This document shows positions 37,338 to 47,084 of a DNA stretch of 64,000 nucleotides, piece by piece; within the stretch, counting starts at the first letter, position 1; each line of letters opens with the position of its first letter. A model generated the notes under the pieces. That model was given only the letters and a program-made list of their open reading frames with translations, was not told the DNA's origin and did no database searches. This stretch comes from a virus. The position numbers were made by a program, and so were the translations under genes. Location of the stretch: positions 1 through 64,000 of IMG/VR virus record IMGVR_UViG_651324045_000004, one strand, 5' to 3'.

Positions 37338-38662
37338 TCCTTATCCCCTATGCGGTCTTCAGTGTCACGCAGACAGGACGGCCATTTCAGACGAGGGTGA
37401 CGCAAACTGCCGTCTGGCGTCTCTTCGTGGGCATTGACCTTCACGATGCGCCCGATGTACTTGTCCTGGTTGTTCCAGATCTCATCCAGGTACATGTGCT
37501 TAATGCCCGATGCCTCGACCTCAACACCGTTCTCCAGGCGAATAGTTACCGAGCCGAGAGTGTGGGCGAATGCCGAATCCTCTTTACCTGGCTTGAAGCC
37601 GATAATCTCACCGTCAGCTTCGATCTCGTCCTTCATCTTCCACCAGCTCTTGGTGCGCTTAAACTCGTAAACGGAGAACGGATCTTTCGCCATATAGCCT
37701 TCTTCGTTGGCGTCCAGAGCCGCCATGAACAAGTCGATAAACTCTTTATGGCTATGTACTAACTGGAAGTCATGCAAACGCACGTCGCCTTTGTACTGAC
37801 TGTCCGGGCGGCTCTTCCAGTTTGTCCAGCTGCACAAGTCGATATGGCGGTCTTTTAACTTGCGGCCTTCTTTCTTGTACTCCTTGGTTTTGGCAATGGC
37901 TTTCCATTCCGGCAAGAAGTAATCGAAGACGTGGAATACGGCGCCAATAGCTGATACGCCTTTTTTACGCAGTGCTGAGATGGAATCGTTGAACGAACCG
38001 GCCGTCGCTTCGCCATCAAAGAAGATGTGCTTATGCGGCGTCATACGCGCCAAATCTAATACCGCTGGCTTCAGATGGTCGAGAGACGTTACCGGGTTGC
38101 CGGTACGAGACAGGAAGTTAACCTCTGCCTCGTCAACGATGACTTCGGCAATGACGCGCATCCCGTCCAGCTTGAGGCTGGCAATCATCGGGAACTTGGC
38201 TTTCGGGTTTTCCTTGAACGGGTACTTGTCGCCTTTTTCTTTGTACGACGTCGCCAGCTGAACCTCGAACACCGGAATCGGGTTGTCGAAGATTTTATTG
38301 CACAGGCTAATACCGATGCCGGCCTTCGGATCTTTAATCAGGAAGCGGCGGAACACGTCTTGCCCTTCCTCTGTCATGTCTGAAATAGCCTGCTCCACCA
38401 TCGCAATAGCGCTGTTACCAGTGAGCTTACGGCTGGCCAAGGAGTTGAGAATATCGATAGCGTCTTCATCAGAGATTTTATTCTCAAGCGCAGGCTCCGC
38501 GACGCTGTATTTCTTCACCCCGAATCGGATGAATGGGTTAAGCATCAGTGACACCATGCTTTGTTCGAATGCGTCCAGCTCAGCCAGGGCTACTTTCTTG
38601 GCATTGGTTCCCATAGCTTTAATGGCGTCTAGTTTTCCACGCAGAGCAATCAACTTTTCCAT
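37334..38662 (-). CDS. ATP-dependent DNA ligase
   Basis: Adenylation motif I ASLKLDGMR (KxDG) and further NTase/OB-fold motifs. 442 aa. Confidence 0.85.
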   Translation of the reverse strand: MEKLIALRGKLDAIKAMGTNAKKVALAELDAFEQSMVSLMLNPFIRFGVKKYSVAEPALENKISDEDAIDILNSLASRKLTGNSAIAMVEQAISDMTEEGQDVFRRFLIKDPKAGIGISLCNKIFDNPIPVFEVQLATSYKEKGDKYPFKENPKAKFPMIASLKLDGMRVIAEVIVDEAEVNFLSRTGNPVTSLDHLKPAVLDLARMTPHKHIFFDGEATAGSFNDSISALRKKGVSAIGAVFHVFDYFLPEWKAIAKTKEYKKEGRKLKDRHIDLCSWTNWKSRPDSQYKGDVRLHDFQLVHSHKEFIDLFMAALDANEEGYMAKDPFSVYEFKRTKSWWKMKDEIEADGEIIGFKPGKEDSAFAHTLGSVTIRLENGVEVEASGIKHMYLDEIWNNQDKYIGRIVKVNAHEETPDGSLRHPRLKWPSCLRDTEDRIGDKE

Positions 38663-39132
38663 TATTGAAGCTCTCCCGCAACAACGACAGGCTCATCCTG
38701 AGAATCGAGGATGTCGCACTGTTCCCTTTGCTCTACCATCGGTAGATCACTCGGTTTTGGTTCGTAGGCATCAAGAAAATCGACGGCGTCCATGGAGAAA
38801 ATCTCATTGTCTTTGTTTTTGAAAATGACAGTCAAAGGGAAACCGGGCTTGGCGGTAAGCACGTTGCTAAGGCACACCATCTCGTAGACGTCGTCAGAGT
38901 CCTTAGCGGCCCACAGCTTACATTCAGGAACGATCGGGCGGAAAACGATGTTGCGGTTAATCTGGAAGCTGTCGAACCAGAGTGTTCTTTCACCTTCGTT
39001 GACAATGTCAATGCTCACGGCAATACCATGAGACGATGCTGCCTTTGGCAAGCAATTAATCCATTGCGGAACGTCCGCGGTAGTGTAGATCATCTGGCAT
39101 ACTTGGCCTACTTGTGGCTCGAACTGACTCAT
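38662..39132 (-). CDS. hypothetical protein
   Basis: 156 aa. Conserved RBS at the start. Confidence 0.5.
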   Translation of the reverse strand: MSQFEPQVGQVCQMIYTTADVPQWINCLPKAASSHGIAVSIDIVNEGERTLWFDSFQINRNIVFRPIVPECKLWAAKDSDDVYEMVCLSNVLTAKPGFPLTVIFKNKDNEIFSMDAVDFLDAYEPKPSDLPMVEQREQCDILDSQDEPVVVAGELQ

Positions 39133-39584
39133 GTGTTTTCCTCTGTTTTATTAACTTCTGCGTTTACCGCTTCGGCGTAAATGTCGACGAGAACGGTTGG
39201 TTTTTTGATTTCCGGCTTTGGCGTCACTCTTGAGCCAAACGTCGCAGCACGCTTGTTGCGCGTTGCGCTTTTAGCTGCACGACTCTCAATTTCCTCTCTC
39301 AGCTTACGCATCTCTTCGAGGCCATCGATGAAGTAAATCCGCTCGCCTGTTTTAACTTCTTCCAACATCATCTTGACCGCACGACACTTGCCGGCACGAA
39401 TGGCTGTCGCGCACGAATCGAATGAACCAGGCGGGAGTCGATTCTCTTTAAATGCCAGTACGGTGTGCTGACACACCGTATAGGAAGAGCGCGTCGGCGA
39501 TCCGTTGATTAGAAGTTCCTCGCACAGCATCGAATAGCTATTACTGCCGCTAATTGACGGAAATTTGCTAAAGTTGGTTTTCAT
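39129..39584 (-). CDS. hypothetical protein
   Basis: 151 aa. Confidence 0.4.
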   Translation of the reverse strand: MKTNFSKFPSISGSNSYSMLCEELLINGSPTRSSYTVCQHTVLAFKENRLPPGSFDSCATAIRAGKCRAVKMMLEEVKTGERIYFIDGLEEMRKLREEIESRAAKSATRNKRAATFGSRVTPKPEIKKPTVLVDIYAEAVNAEVNKTEENT

Positions 39585-39668
39585 AGATACTTATAGTAAA
39601 TGTTTACTTATCATTGCGCCAGTCTAATGCTCTGGCGCAGGCTTGAAAGATTTTTTACGAGGGGATTG

Positions 39669-40586
39669 TTACCAAGAACCCCAAAGAGGGTTTTCCGCGA
39701 CGAGGCTGTGTACTTCTGCATGTTTTATCGCTTCACGGACGTGAGCGAGAGCGTAGCTTTTGCCTTCTGAGAGCATGGCAGCTTTGTCATAACCAAGACG
39801 GGTAATCATTTCACCAGGTCTTGCGAAAAGACCGCCGAAGCACTTCGACACGGCCTTAACCGACTCAATCTCATCCATTTCCCCGTCGTATTCGCTGAAG
39901 AGCTGCATTTCAATGCTTTCATTGAAACGGTTTTTTGCCAGAGACGACTTCTGGTCTAGGATCGCGTCAATGATGCCGCCAGGTGCTTTAAGTGAAAAGG
40001 CACGAGAATAGCCTGGCGTCTCGAATGCGCTCGAATGCACGGCAGACAAAGCCATTGCCCCGGTCATTGATACATCATCTACAACTTTAGGGATGTCCGG
40101 CATTGAAACAACTTCTGTCGTCATCGTAGCCCTAAGTGAGCGCAGGACGCGATCAAACTCTGGAGCCTGCAGGACGCCGCTTTCCAGCATATAGTTAGCG
40201 AAGTTTTTTACCGCTGCAGGGCCGACGTATGATTCATAATCCTCGGCTTTTATCATTATCGACTTCTCGTAGAGTGACATCGCCGGCCGCGGGCTTCCTG
40301 CATAAAAAATACCTTGGAACACCTTCGCCTTCAGATAGTCCTCGGCGACGTCAGTAAGGTTGACGATGACGAACAGCTCGAAGTTCCGATCAGCCGTTAA
40401 AGTTGACGAAATGTAAATCCAAGGCTCGTTAGGGGTGGATATGGTGACAGGCATCTTAATGCTGATGCGTTGATTCGCCTTTTCACAAGCCTCTTTAACT
40501 ATCCGTTCTACATCTCCATCTTTAAAGATGTGCGCCGCTTCGCTAATGGCTTTTCTGACGGCTTCGTCGATGCTCTTGATATACAT
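39669..40586 (-). CDS. hypothetical protein
   Basis: 305 aa. Confidence 0.5.
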   Translation of the reverse strand: MYIKSIDEAVRKAISEAAHIFKDGDVERIVKEACEKANQRISIKMPVTISTPNEPWIYISSTLTADRNFELFVIVNLTDVAEDYLKAKVFQGIFYAGSPRPAMSLYEKSIMIKAEDYESYVGPAAVKNFANYMLESGVLQAPEFDRVLRSLRATMTTEVVSMPDIPKVVDDVSMTGAMALSAVHSSAFETPGYSRAFSLKAPGGIIDAILDQKSSLAKNRFNESIEMQLFSEYDGEMDEIESVKAVSKCFGGLFARPGEMITRLGYDKAAMLSEGKSYALAHVREAIKHAEVHSLVAENPLWGSW

Positions 40587-40648
40587 GTGCTCTCCTTTTT
40601 TTATGAATCTTATACAAAATGATAAGTAAGTGCTTATCTTTTTTACGG

Positions 40649-41812
40649 TCAGAGAAGTGCTTTAATACCGTGTAGTTTCGCCATCATTTCGAGCATCTTG
40701 GTGTATGGCTTCGCTCGATAGTAGGCTTTCAGAACCTGCTCGATTGTCGCATCGCCTGGGTCTAAGCCTTCCTCTCCGAGACACGCGATTTTCACACGTA
40801 ACCCGATGCCGGCTAATCGCTTGGCTGCACCAAACGTGTTGTGTATTGCCTGTTTTTCGGAGTCCCACATCATGACGACCGTCTCTAATCCCTTTTGCTT
40901 CAATCTCAAGAATGCGCCAAGCTGATCCTCGGTTTCACCATCCAGCGTGCCGGACAAGTGCATACCGAACGTTCCTATCGGCTCCACATACTCTCTCAGC
41001 GATTCCTCAGCAAAAAGAGCACGCTTTATGCCCATAACGTCAAAAGCGCCCTCAGAAACGATTACAGTGCGCTTCCCGATGGCATTGTGTCCGTTGTAGA
41101 GGAACTTGCCAGATGCCGGCAGTGATATTGGAAAGAGATAACGACGATCTGACTCACCAGTAACGTCGCGCCCCTGAAACGTCCGCATTTTGCCGTCCAA
41201 ATCGTAAATGGGGATCAAGATGCGCATATCGAAAGACTGGACGTGCGGTCGTCCATTTCGCTCATCGAGATAAACGTGCGTACCCTCGACGCAGTACCGC
41301 AGATCAAAGTAGGTCGCCAGCTCCGGGGAGATGTCACGATCAACAAGATACGTTGGAAGTTGGCCTTCAATTGGCAGCTGATAATGTGGAGGCAGGATAA
41401 CTTCAGACGTCAGCTCAACATCCGACTTTAGCTCAATCTCTTCTTCTTTTGGGCGCCAGCCTTGCTGCATCAGTTCGTTGCGGATGTAACGCTGCAATCC
41501 GCGCCATGATTCGCCGGTATGGTATTTGATGAAGTTCAGCTTGTTAAACTGCACCTCCTCCGGGTGATCACCGGCGAAACACTTGCCAAGGCCAGTAGTC
41601 AGGTTGAAGTAAACCTTCCACTTACTACTTTTGCAGCACGGACATTCACGGATGTTGACTTCACGCCCCTTTGAAGTCCTTGAGCCACGACGATACGAGA
41701 TCCCCTCTGTATCAAGCCACTGCTCAAAGTCGAATTCTTCCATTAGTTCTTTTAATTCTGACATTTGATAAACCTTGCATTTAGCCGGCCATAGATTAAT
41801 ATGGCAGTACAT
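40649..41812 (-). CDS. DnaG-like DNA primase (zinc-binding domain plus TOPRIM)
   Basis: CPCC...C zinc ribbon near the N-terminus. TOPRIM acidic motifs (VIVSEGAFDVMG, MMWDSE). Conserved RBS at the start. Confidence 0.8.
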   Translation of the reverse strand: MYCHINLWPAKCKVYQMSELKELMEEFDFEQWLDTEGISYRRGSRTSKGREVNIRECPCCKSSKWKVYFNLTTGLGKCFAGDHPEEVQFNKLNFIKYHTGESWRGLQRYIRNELMQQGWRPKEEEIELKSDVELTSEVILPPHYQLPIEGQLPTYLVDRDISPELATYFDLRYCVEGTHVYLDERNGRPHVQSFDMRILIPIYDLDGKMRTFQGRDVTGESDRRYLFPISLPASGKFLYNGHNAIGKRTVIVSEGAFDVMGIKRALFAEESLREYVEPIGTFGMHLSGTLDGETEDQLGAFLRLKQKGLETVVMMWDSEKQAIHNTFGAAKRLAGIGLRVKIACLGEEGLDPGDATIEQVLKAYYRAKPYTKMLEMMAKLHGIKALL

Positions 41813-41902
41813 GTGTTTTCTTTTGTGGTTTTATTAGCAAAAGAAAGCTTGAATTTCTGTATTGAAATTAAGGCGTTCCGCTTTGGAGCGCCTTCATTTT
41901 TC

Positions 41903-43264
41903 CTACATAACGTCAATGATTCGCTTAATAAATCGCATCTGTTCCAGATCCTGAAGCACTCGCAGACTTACCCCGCCTTTCTGGTTACGAGAACCAGCAA
42001 AATACAGACGCGCCTCGCCTTTAGCTTCTTCCTCTTCGGTCTTGTTGATTGAGATAATCAGGTCACAGATACGCACCTTCTCGATGTTGTCCGCGGCGTG
42101 CATCATCGTCGCAACTTCAGAGGAACCACCTTCACGGTTGGTCTGGGACGCTGTCATACCCGCCACATCGTGCTTATCCATGACAGCACGTAAGTCGGTG
42201 TAGATATCCTTCACATCATTGCGCGGGTCTTTGGTTGGCGTGGTGGCACGCATCAGATCCGCATAGTCGACAATGACCATGTCAGGTATCATGCCATTCA
42301 CTTTCATGTTGCTGAGTAAGCGGTCAAGGTCTGCAGGTGAAAATGTATTGGCGCGACGCTCAACAATCCACATGCTTCCGATTTTCCCATCAGCACCCAC
42401 AGAGCGAAGCTTTTCCGCAATATCATCGCGGCGCTCAATAAGTTTTGACATTTCTGTTTCGGAGATACGGGCGTCCCAGCGATCTGACAGGATGTCTTTA
42501 TGTACCTCCAGTGAGACATACAGGACGTTGTAGCCTTTCAGCGTGGCATTGATGCCGAACTCACCCATGGCCGTCGATTTGCCCGATTTTGCGAAGCCCA
42601 TGAACAGAACCAGTTCTTTACGCCCCCAGCCTTTTTGGTGAAGCATTTTGTCCAGTAACGGAATGCCTGTTGTTACGCTGTTAGGCACGAAGTCATCGGA
42701 CGCCTCGTATTCGCGACGCTCATGTCGTTCGCCGGAACGTTCATAGAAGCTGTACACGTCATCCATATCGGATGCGCCGACCATGTCCACCTTCTGCATG
42801 ACCTGCATCGCACGCTCAAACTCGCCTTTCTCCTTCAGCTCCGCCGCCTTGATGAACGCATCATCAAAAGCAACCGAACGCGCAAAAGTCACGACGCGGT
42901 CAATCATGTAGCCGGTGTCTTCCAGCTTCTCGGTCAAAATACGCTTCATCGCATTAACGACTTCAGGCACGAACTCTTCTCGAATCTTTCCGCGCTTCTT
43001 CGCCTCCTTAATCATGTCGATGATGAACTCTTTCGACGGGGAGCTTTTGTACGAGCGGAAATAGCCGGCCACAATGCTGACCAGGTATCCATTTGCCTTG
43101 TTGGAGAATTGCTCAGGGAGAACCAGATCGCCGGCTCTGATCAGAAACTCTCTGTCTCGGCAGTAGTACGCAGTCAGGCGATCTTCAAACCCAGCGTCAA
43201 ATTCTTCCGATAGCGGTCGTCCTGTGTGAACAGGCGTCTCAAGCGCTGAAGAGGTAGTGGTCAT
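41903..43264 (-). CDS. DnaB-family replicative DNA helicase
   Basis: Walker A GFAKSGKST, Walker B MVIVDYADLM, and a DnaB N-terminal domain. Conserved RBS and AAACAACTTGTTT palindrome upstream. Confidence 0.9.
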   Translation of the reverse strand: MTTTSSALETPVHTGRPLSEEFDAGFEDRLTAYYCRDREFLIRAGDLVLPEQFSNKANGYLVSIVAGYFRSYKSSPSKEFIIDMIKEAKKRGKIREEFVPEVVNAMKRILTEKLEDTGYMIDRVVTFARSVAFDDAFIKAAELKEKGEFERAMQVMQKVDMVGASDMDDVYSFYERSGERHERREYEASDDFVPNSVTTGIPLLDKMLHQKGWGRKELVLFMGFAKSGKSTAMGEFGINATLKGYNVLYVSLEVHKDILSDRWDARISETEMSKLIERRDDIAEKLRSVGADGKIGSMWIVERRANTFSPADLDRLLSNMKVNGMIPDMVIVDYADLMRATTPTKDPRNDVKDIYTDLRAVMDKHDVAGMTASQTNREGGSSEVATMMHAADNIEKVRICDLIISINKTEEEEAKGEARLYFAGSRNQKGGVSLRVLQDLEQMRFIKRIIDVM

Positions 43265-43308
43265 GTGCTTTCCTTATTGTTTTAAACAACTTGTTTTCTT
43301 AATTATGT

Positions 43309-44049
43309 TCAATCTTCGCAGGCGCTCAAATACAAGCCTTGAGCATCCTGAATAAGCTTTGGATACCGCTTTGCTGCCACAGCTTCCGGGATAAGACGAC
43401 GGAGATAGACGGCTGACAGGACACCATTGACACGCAACGAAGGCTTCATCGCGTCAATGTGCTTAATGACCCACATGCAGTAATCTTTCTGCATTTCCGG
43501 GGCCACCAACTGCGGCATGTTGTGGTAGCTGAAGATGCTGTCATCGATGCGGATCTGAGAGCGGCGGGAAAGCTTCTGCTCAAATATCTCAACAAGATCG
43601 TCTTGCCAAAGATGCTGGGGGCGAGGGAGATTAGCCCACAGGCGCTGCGCCGCGATGCTCAGTATCGTTGAGATGTAATACTCATACGAACAGCAATACT
43701 TGTCCGCAAACTGGCGAGCACGCCACAGCGAGGTTTTTACCCCCATTCCGTGATCCTGATAGGCGACGCGCTTTAGTCCGGTACGATACGGAGCACGCTG
43801 GAAGTCGTCGCGACCGTGAGTCAGCATGATGCGTGCGTACTCGATCTTATAGATTTCAGAGAAAAGACAGGTGGCCACCAGCGGATGCATATTGCGGTAA
43901 TCGAACCACTTTGTCGCAAACAACTCCGTCTCACCTGAGCAGCGAGAGAGACCAATGTTTTCGGATACCCATCTGTCCATGTCTGAGGTCGTCATCTCCT
44001 GCATGAACGCGTACTTTTCGCCGTCTGGTGTGTTTAATAATCTGTCCAT
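43309..44049 (-). CDS. hypothetical protein
   Basis: 246 aa. Confidence 0.5.
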   Translation of the reverse strand: MDRLLNTPDGEKYAFMQEMTTSDMDRWVSENIGLSRCSGETELFATKWFDYRNMHPLVATCLFSEIYKIEYARIMLTHGRDDFQRAPYRTGLKRVAYQDHGMGVKTSLWRARQFADKYCCSYEYYISTILSIAAQRLWANLPRPQHLWQDDLVEIFEQKLSRRSQIRIDDSIFSYHNMPQLVAPEMQKDYCMWVIKHIDAMKPSLRVNGVLSAVYLRRLIPEAVAAKRYPKLIQDAQGLYLSACED

Positions 44050-44377
44050 ACCTAAATAAGCTCTTACTTACTTTTTGGGGAGATGATAAACGCTGGCGTG
44101 GGGTTTTGAAAGCGGAAAAGACAGGTTGTTTGCTTGAGGCCCAAGGCGGTGATTCTGGCTTCCGTCATACCCCTTTATGTTTTAAAAACAAAGAAGAGAT
44201 ATATAATAACTACCAGAGCAAGGCTTTTAAATAACACCCCAGACACAAAGAATAAGGCGCTGGAAGCGCCTGATTCTTTCAGTATTCTGGGAGTTTTAGG
44301 AACCAAAACAGTGCCTGGCTCCTATATTATTTAATAGCTTTTTAAAGTCTTTAAAAGATAAAGGGGGGATCGCCGAT

Positions 44378-44749
44378 CTACTGCTTCTGCTCCAGCTCAC
44401 GGCGGATTTGTTCGCCGCGCATTTCTGCTTCAGACGCTGGAGTCTCGCGAAGCACGGCAATGGTTTCCGCAATACGCTCAGGCGATTCGCTGGCCAGATT
44501 CATGATGGCGGCACGAATAACGTCTGAACGCGTGAAGCGATTCCAGCGGTCAACGTTCTCCATGACAGAGATAAGGCTGATGAACTCATCCTCGATGCTC
44601 ATCGTCCGGCTCTTGATACTGGACTTCCCACGAGTAGGTCTTCCCTGTGGTCGAGTCGGGGAGCGCATCGGTTGTTTTACTTCTGACTCCGTGGATTGCG
44701 AAACTTCTTCCGCGGCTTGTGGCTTTTTAGCCAGATCACCCATTTTCAT
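44378..44749 (-). CDS. putative centromere-binding partition protein (ParG/ParB-like, RHH-like C-terminus)
   Basis: Small basic protein immediately downstream of parA, with a 1-bp gap. Confidence 0.45.
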   Translation of the reverse strand: MKMGDLAKKPQAAEEVSQSTESEVKQPMRSPTRPQGRPTRGKSSIKSRTMSIEDEFISLISVMENVDRWNRFTRSDVIRAAIMNLASESPERIAETIAVLRETPASEAEMRGEQIRRELEQKQ

Positions 44750-44750
44750 T

Positions 44751-45419
44751 TTACTGCGCCTCCAGACTCATCAAATAATCAACCAACTCTTCAATCTCCG
44801 ACTCCGCCTTTTTATCGCGGTCTTTTCCTTTCATTTCGAAGATAGACCGTCCAGCCTCTTCTGCATCGTCATACACGTTACGAGTGTAGATATTGGTTGG
44901 AACACATTTAATGCCGAAAGACTCGATAATATCTTTGGACGAAAGGATACGAGACACCTGAGACGGCAGTGACGGGCACTGATTCAAGACGGCACGAATT
45001 TGAACTTCCGGGTTTGATGATTTTACGCTTTCGAGCACAGTGTCCAGATCTCGCAGTGACTTCAGATCGCGCCGCTTTGGTCTGAGCGGTAGCAGAACGA
45101 TGTCGGCAATAAGCATGGCCTCACGCTGAATTTCTGAGTCGAAGCCGCCAGCATCAACAACGATGTACTCATACCGGCCATTCAAAGACTGAAGGTGCTT
45201 TACAATGTCATTCTCAATGTAAGAAAAGGCGATGAGATCGAGATTTTTATTATTGCGGCGCTCTTCGCACCATGAGGTTGTCGTCTGCTGGATGTCGATG
45301 TCGGTAATGTGAACCTTTTTACCTCTCTTCAGTTGCAGACCTGCTGCTACCTGCTGGGCGACCGTAGACTTACCCGGCCCACCCTTCGTCCCGCCGACGA
45401 TGATGAGTTTGGTTTCCAT
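44751..45419 (-). CDS. parA: ParA-family partition ATPase (small type Ib)
   Basis: Deviant Walker A GGTKGGPGKST. ParA fold. Imperfect inverted repeats upstream (45425-45480). Confidence 0.9.
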   Translation of the reverse strand: METKLIIVGGTKGGPGKSTVAQQVAAGLQLKRGKKVHITDIDIQQTTTSWCEERRNNKNLDLIAFSYIENDIVKHLQSLNGRYEYIVVDAGGFDSEIQREAMLIADIVLLPLRPKRRDLKSLRDLDTVLESVKSSNPEVQIRAVLNQCPSLPSQVSRILSSKDIIESFGIKCVPTNIYTRNVYDDAEEAGRSIFEMKGKDRDKKAESEIEELVDYLMSLEAQ

Positions 45420-45582
45420 GATTATGCCTTGTAGTTTGTTTATTTTGAAAACAAGATGTTTTCTTATGTTTCTTATAGCCTAAAACAAACAAGGTATAGT
45501 GACAACAAAAACCATTCAACTAACTGGACGTATACTGGTCTATGTTAAAAACGCCCCTAAGCGATTTTGGGGCGTTTTCTCT

Positions 45583-45816
45583 TTAACTGGTGTGATTGCT
45601 TCTCCCCCATCCACAAACACGCTCACCGACGACGTCATGCGCCAGAATCTGTCTTTTGGTCTCCTGAGTCAGTACATCGTCTCGGGAAATGTATATCGGA
45701 CTGGCCGTCTCACAGAATGAAAGGCTTTGATGTTGCTTAATCACGCATCCAGTTAGCAGAAAGCTCATCGTCCACAGCGCCATCACCCATGCGCCTGATC
45801 TTATCAGTCGTTTCAT
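45583..45816 (-). CDS. o-spanin (Rz1-like outer-membrane lipoprotein), partially overlapping the i-spanin gene in another frame
   Basis: Signal peptide plus lipobox LLTGC. Small Cys-containing mature part. Overlaps 45737-45816 with the Rz-like gene. A terminator lies at 45547-45580. Confidence 0.6.
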   Translation of the reverse strand: MKRLIRSGAWVMALWTMSFLLTGCVIKQHQSLSFCETASPIYISRDDVLTQETKRQILAHDVVGERVCGWGRSNHTS

Positions 45817-45988
45817 TTTTTACCTCAATAGTCGTGCTTAGCCGCTTATTCTCTTCACGTTGATTTTTAATCTCCGCCGATCGACGAGCTGCGCGGCCAC
45901 CCAAAATATACGCCCCAAAAAGTACCGCAATGACGGCCGAAGCCGTCATTACGAACGCTTTGATACGGGCAATTAAGCCTTCAATCAT
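45737..45988 (-). CDS. i-spanin (Rz-like; N-terminal TM plus coiled coil)
   Basis: TM helix TASAVIAVLFGAYILG followed by a charged helical region. Position in the lysis cassette. Confidence 0.55.
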   Translation of the reverse strand: MIEGLIARIKAFVMTASAVIAVLFGAYILGGRAARRSAEIKNQREENKRLSTTIEVKNETTDKIRRMGDGAVDDELSANWMRD

Positions 45989-46698
45989 TGCGCAACACCT
46001 CGCTGATACTTCCGCACCTGGGCTATGGCGATGAATACCGCTACGGCGATTGTCGCGATCCCAAAGACAATGCGAACAGTATCCCCGCTCGAAATATTGC
46101 CCTGAGCCTTATCCATTGCCGCACTGATCTGCGGAGCAACGTCGGCCAGTTGCGCCAGACCGATACCTGCCGTGACGGTTGCGCCGGCCGTTTCCTTAGT
46201 GACCGGAATGGATGCGGTGGTCTTCACGGGCTTAACGACACCAGCCCGGCGCAACCCTTCGTCAATGACGTCGATGTTGTACCAGGTGTTATCAGTTCGC
46301 AGCGGGCCTTTGCCGTTCTCATGGCGAATGATTGCCTCAACGGTCGGTCGCATAATCTCGTACTGATGCAGATCGATTTCCATATCAGGAGAAACGCCTA
46401 CCGCTTTGGCGACAGTCTGAACATACGCCTCGGTGTCGTTTTCACTCGGCGGCGCCCAGCGTTCGATGACTTCGCGGATCGTGTCGATTCGTGAGCCGTC
46501 TTTTGCTTTGCGCTTGTCGTGATAGGTAATGAGCGTAACGGCCAGCGCACGCACACCCCACGTCGGATCTTTAAAGGTGGCAAAACGAGGCTCTGTCGGG
46601 TTTGTCACCAGACCTTGCCACGGATTCGTGTTATCCAGATTGCCTGGGTTGTTGTTGCGTATTCCTCTTGGAGTCATCCTTTTCCCCTTAGTTTCCAA
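45985..46698 (-). CDS. putative endolysin / cell-wall hydrolase with a C-terminal hydrophobic segment (assigned mainly by position)
   Basis: It sits between the holin-like and spanin genes. Conserved N-terminal motif RGIRNNNPGNL. The enzymatic class was not determined. Confidence 0.35.
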   Translation of the reverse strand: METKGKRMTPRGIRNNNPGNLDNTNPWQGLVTNPTEPRFATFKDPTWGVRALAVTLITYHDKRKAKDGSRIDTIREVIERWAPPSENDTEAYVQTVAKAVGVSPDMEIDLHQYEIMRPTVEAIIRHENGKGPLRTDNTWYNIDVIDEGLRRAGVVKPVKTTASIPVTKETAGATVTAGIGLAQLADVAPQISAAMDKAQGNISSGDTVRIVFGIATIAVAVFIAIAQVRKYQRGVAQ

Positions 46699-47002
46699 TG
46701 CCGCTTTTTACGCCATACGCTGCCAGTCCCAGCAGCAAGGCGGTGATCAGGAAAGAAGTAACTTTGGACACGACACCGCCGAAGAACCCACTTGAGATGG
46801 CGTCCATTCGGTTTAGTAACTTGTCCAGATTGGCGTGCTGAATACTGTGCTGGGTCGCGGTCATATCTCCCAGGTACGCTTTCAGTCGCTTATCAACTTC
46901 TTCCCCAACCTCGTCGCGGAGACCTTGCAAGACCTCTCTCGCGACAATTTGAGCGATGCGCTCCACCTCCTTGTGGCTCACACCGGGTGTTTCGTTTGAC
47001 AT
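46688..47002 (-). CDS. putative holin / lysis-timing membrane protein
   Basis: 104 aa with a single C-terminal TM (VTSFLITALLLGLAAYGV). First gene of the lysis cassette. Confidence 0.3.
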   Translation of the reverse strand: MSNETPGVSHKEVERIAQIVAREVLQGLRDEVGEEVDKRLKAYLGDMTATQHSIQHANLDKLLNRMDAISSGFFGGVVSKVTSFLITALLLGLAAYGVKSGIGN

Positions 47003-47084
47003 TGTTAGCCCTCCATGACTGTCAAACCAAAATTCACCCGGTTATACCATATTCCTTAGATTAAGGTAAGTAAATGCTTACTAA

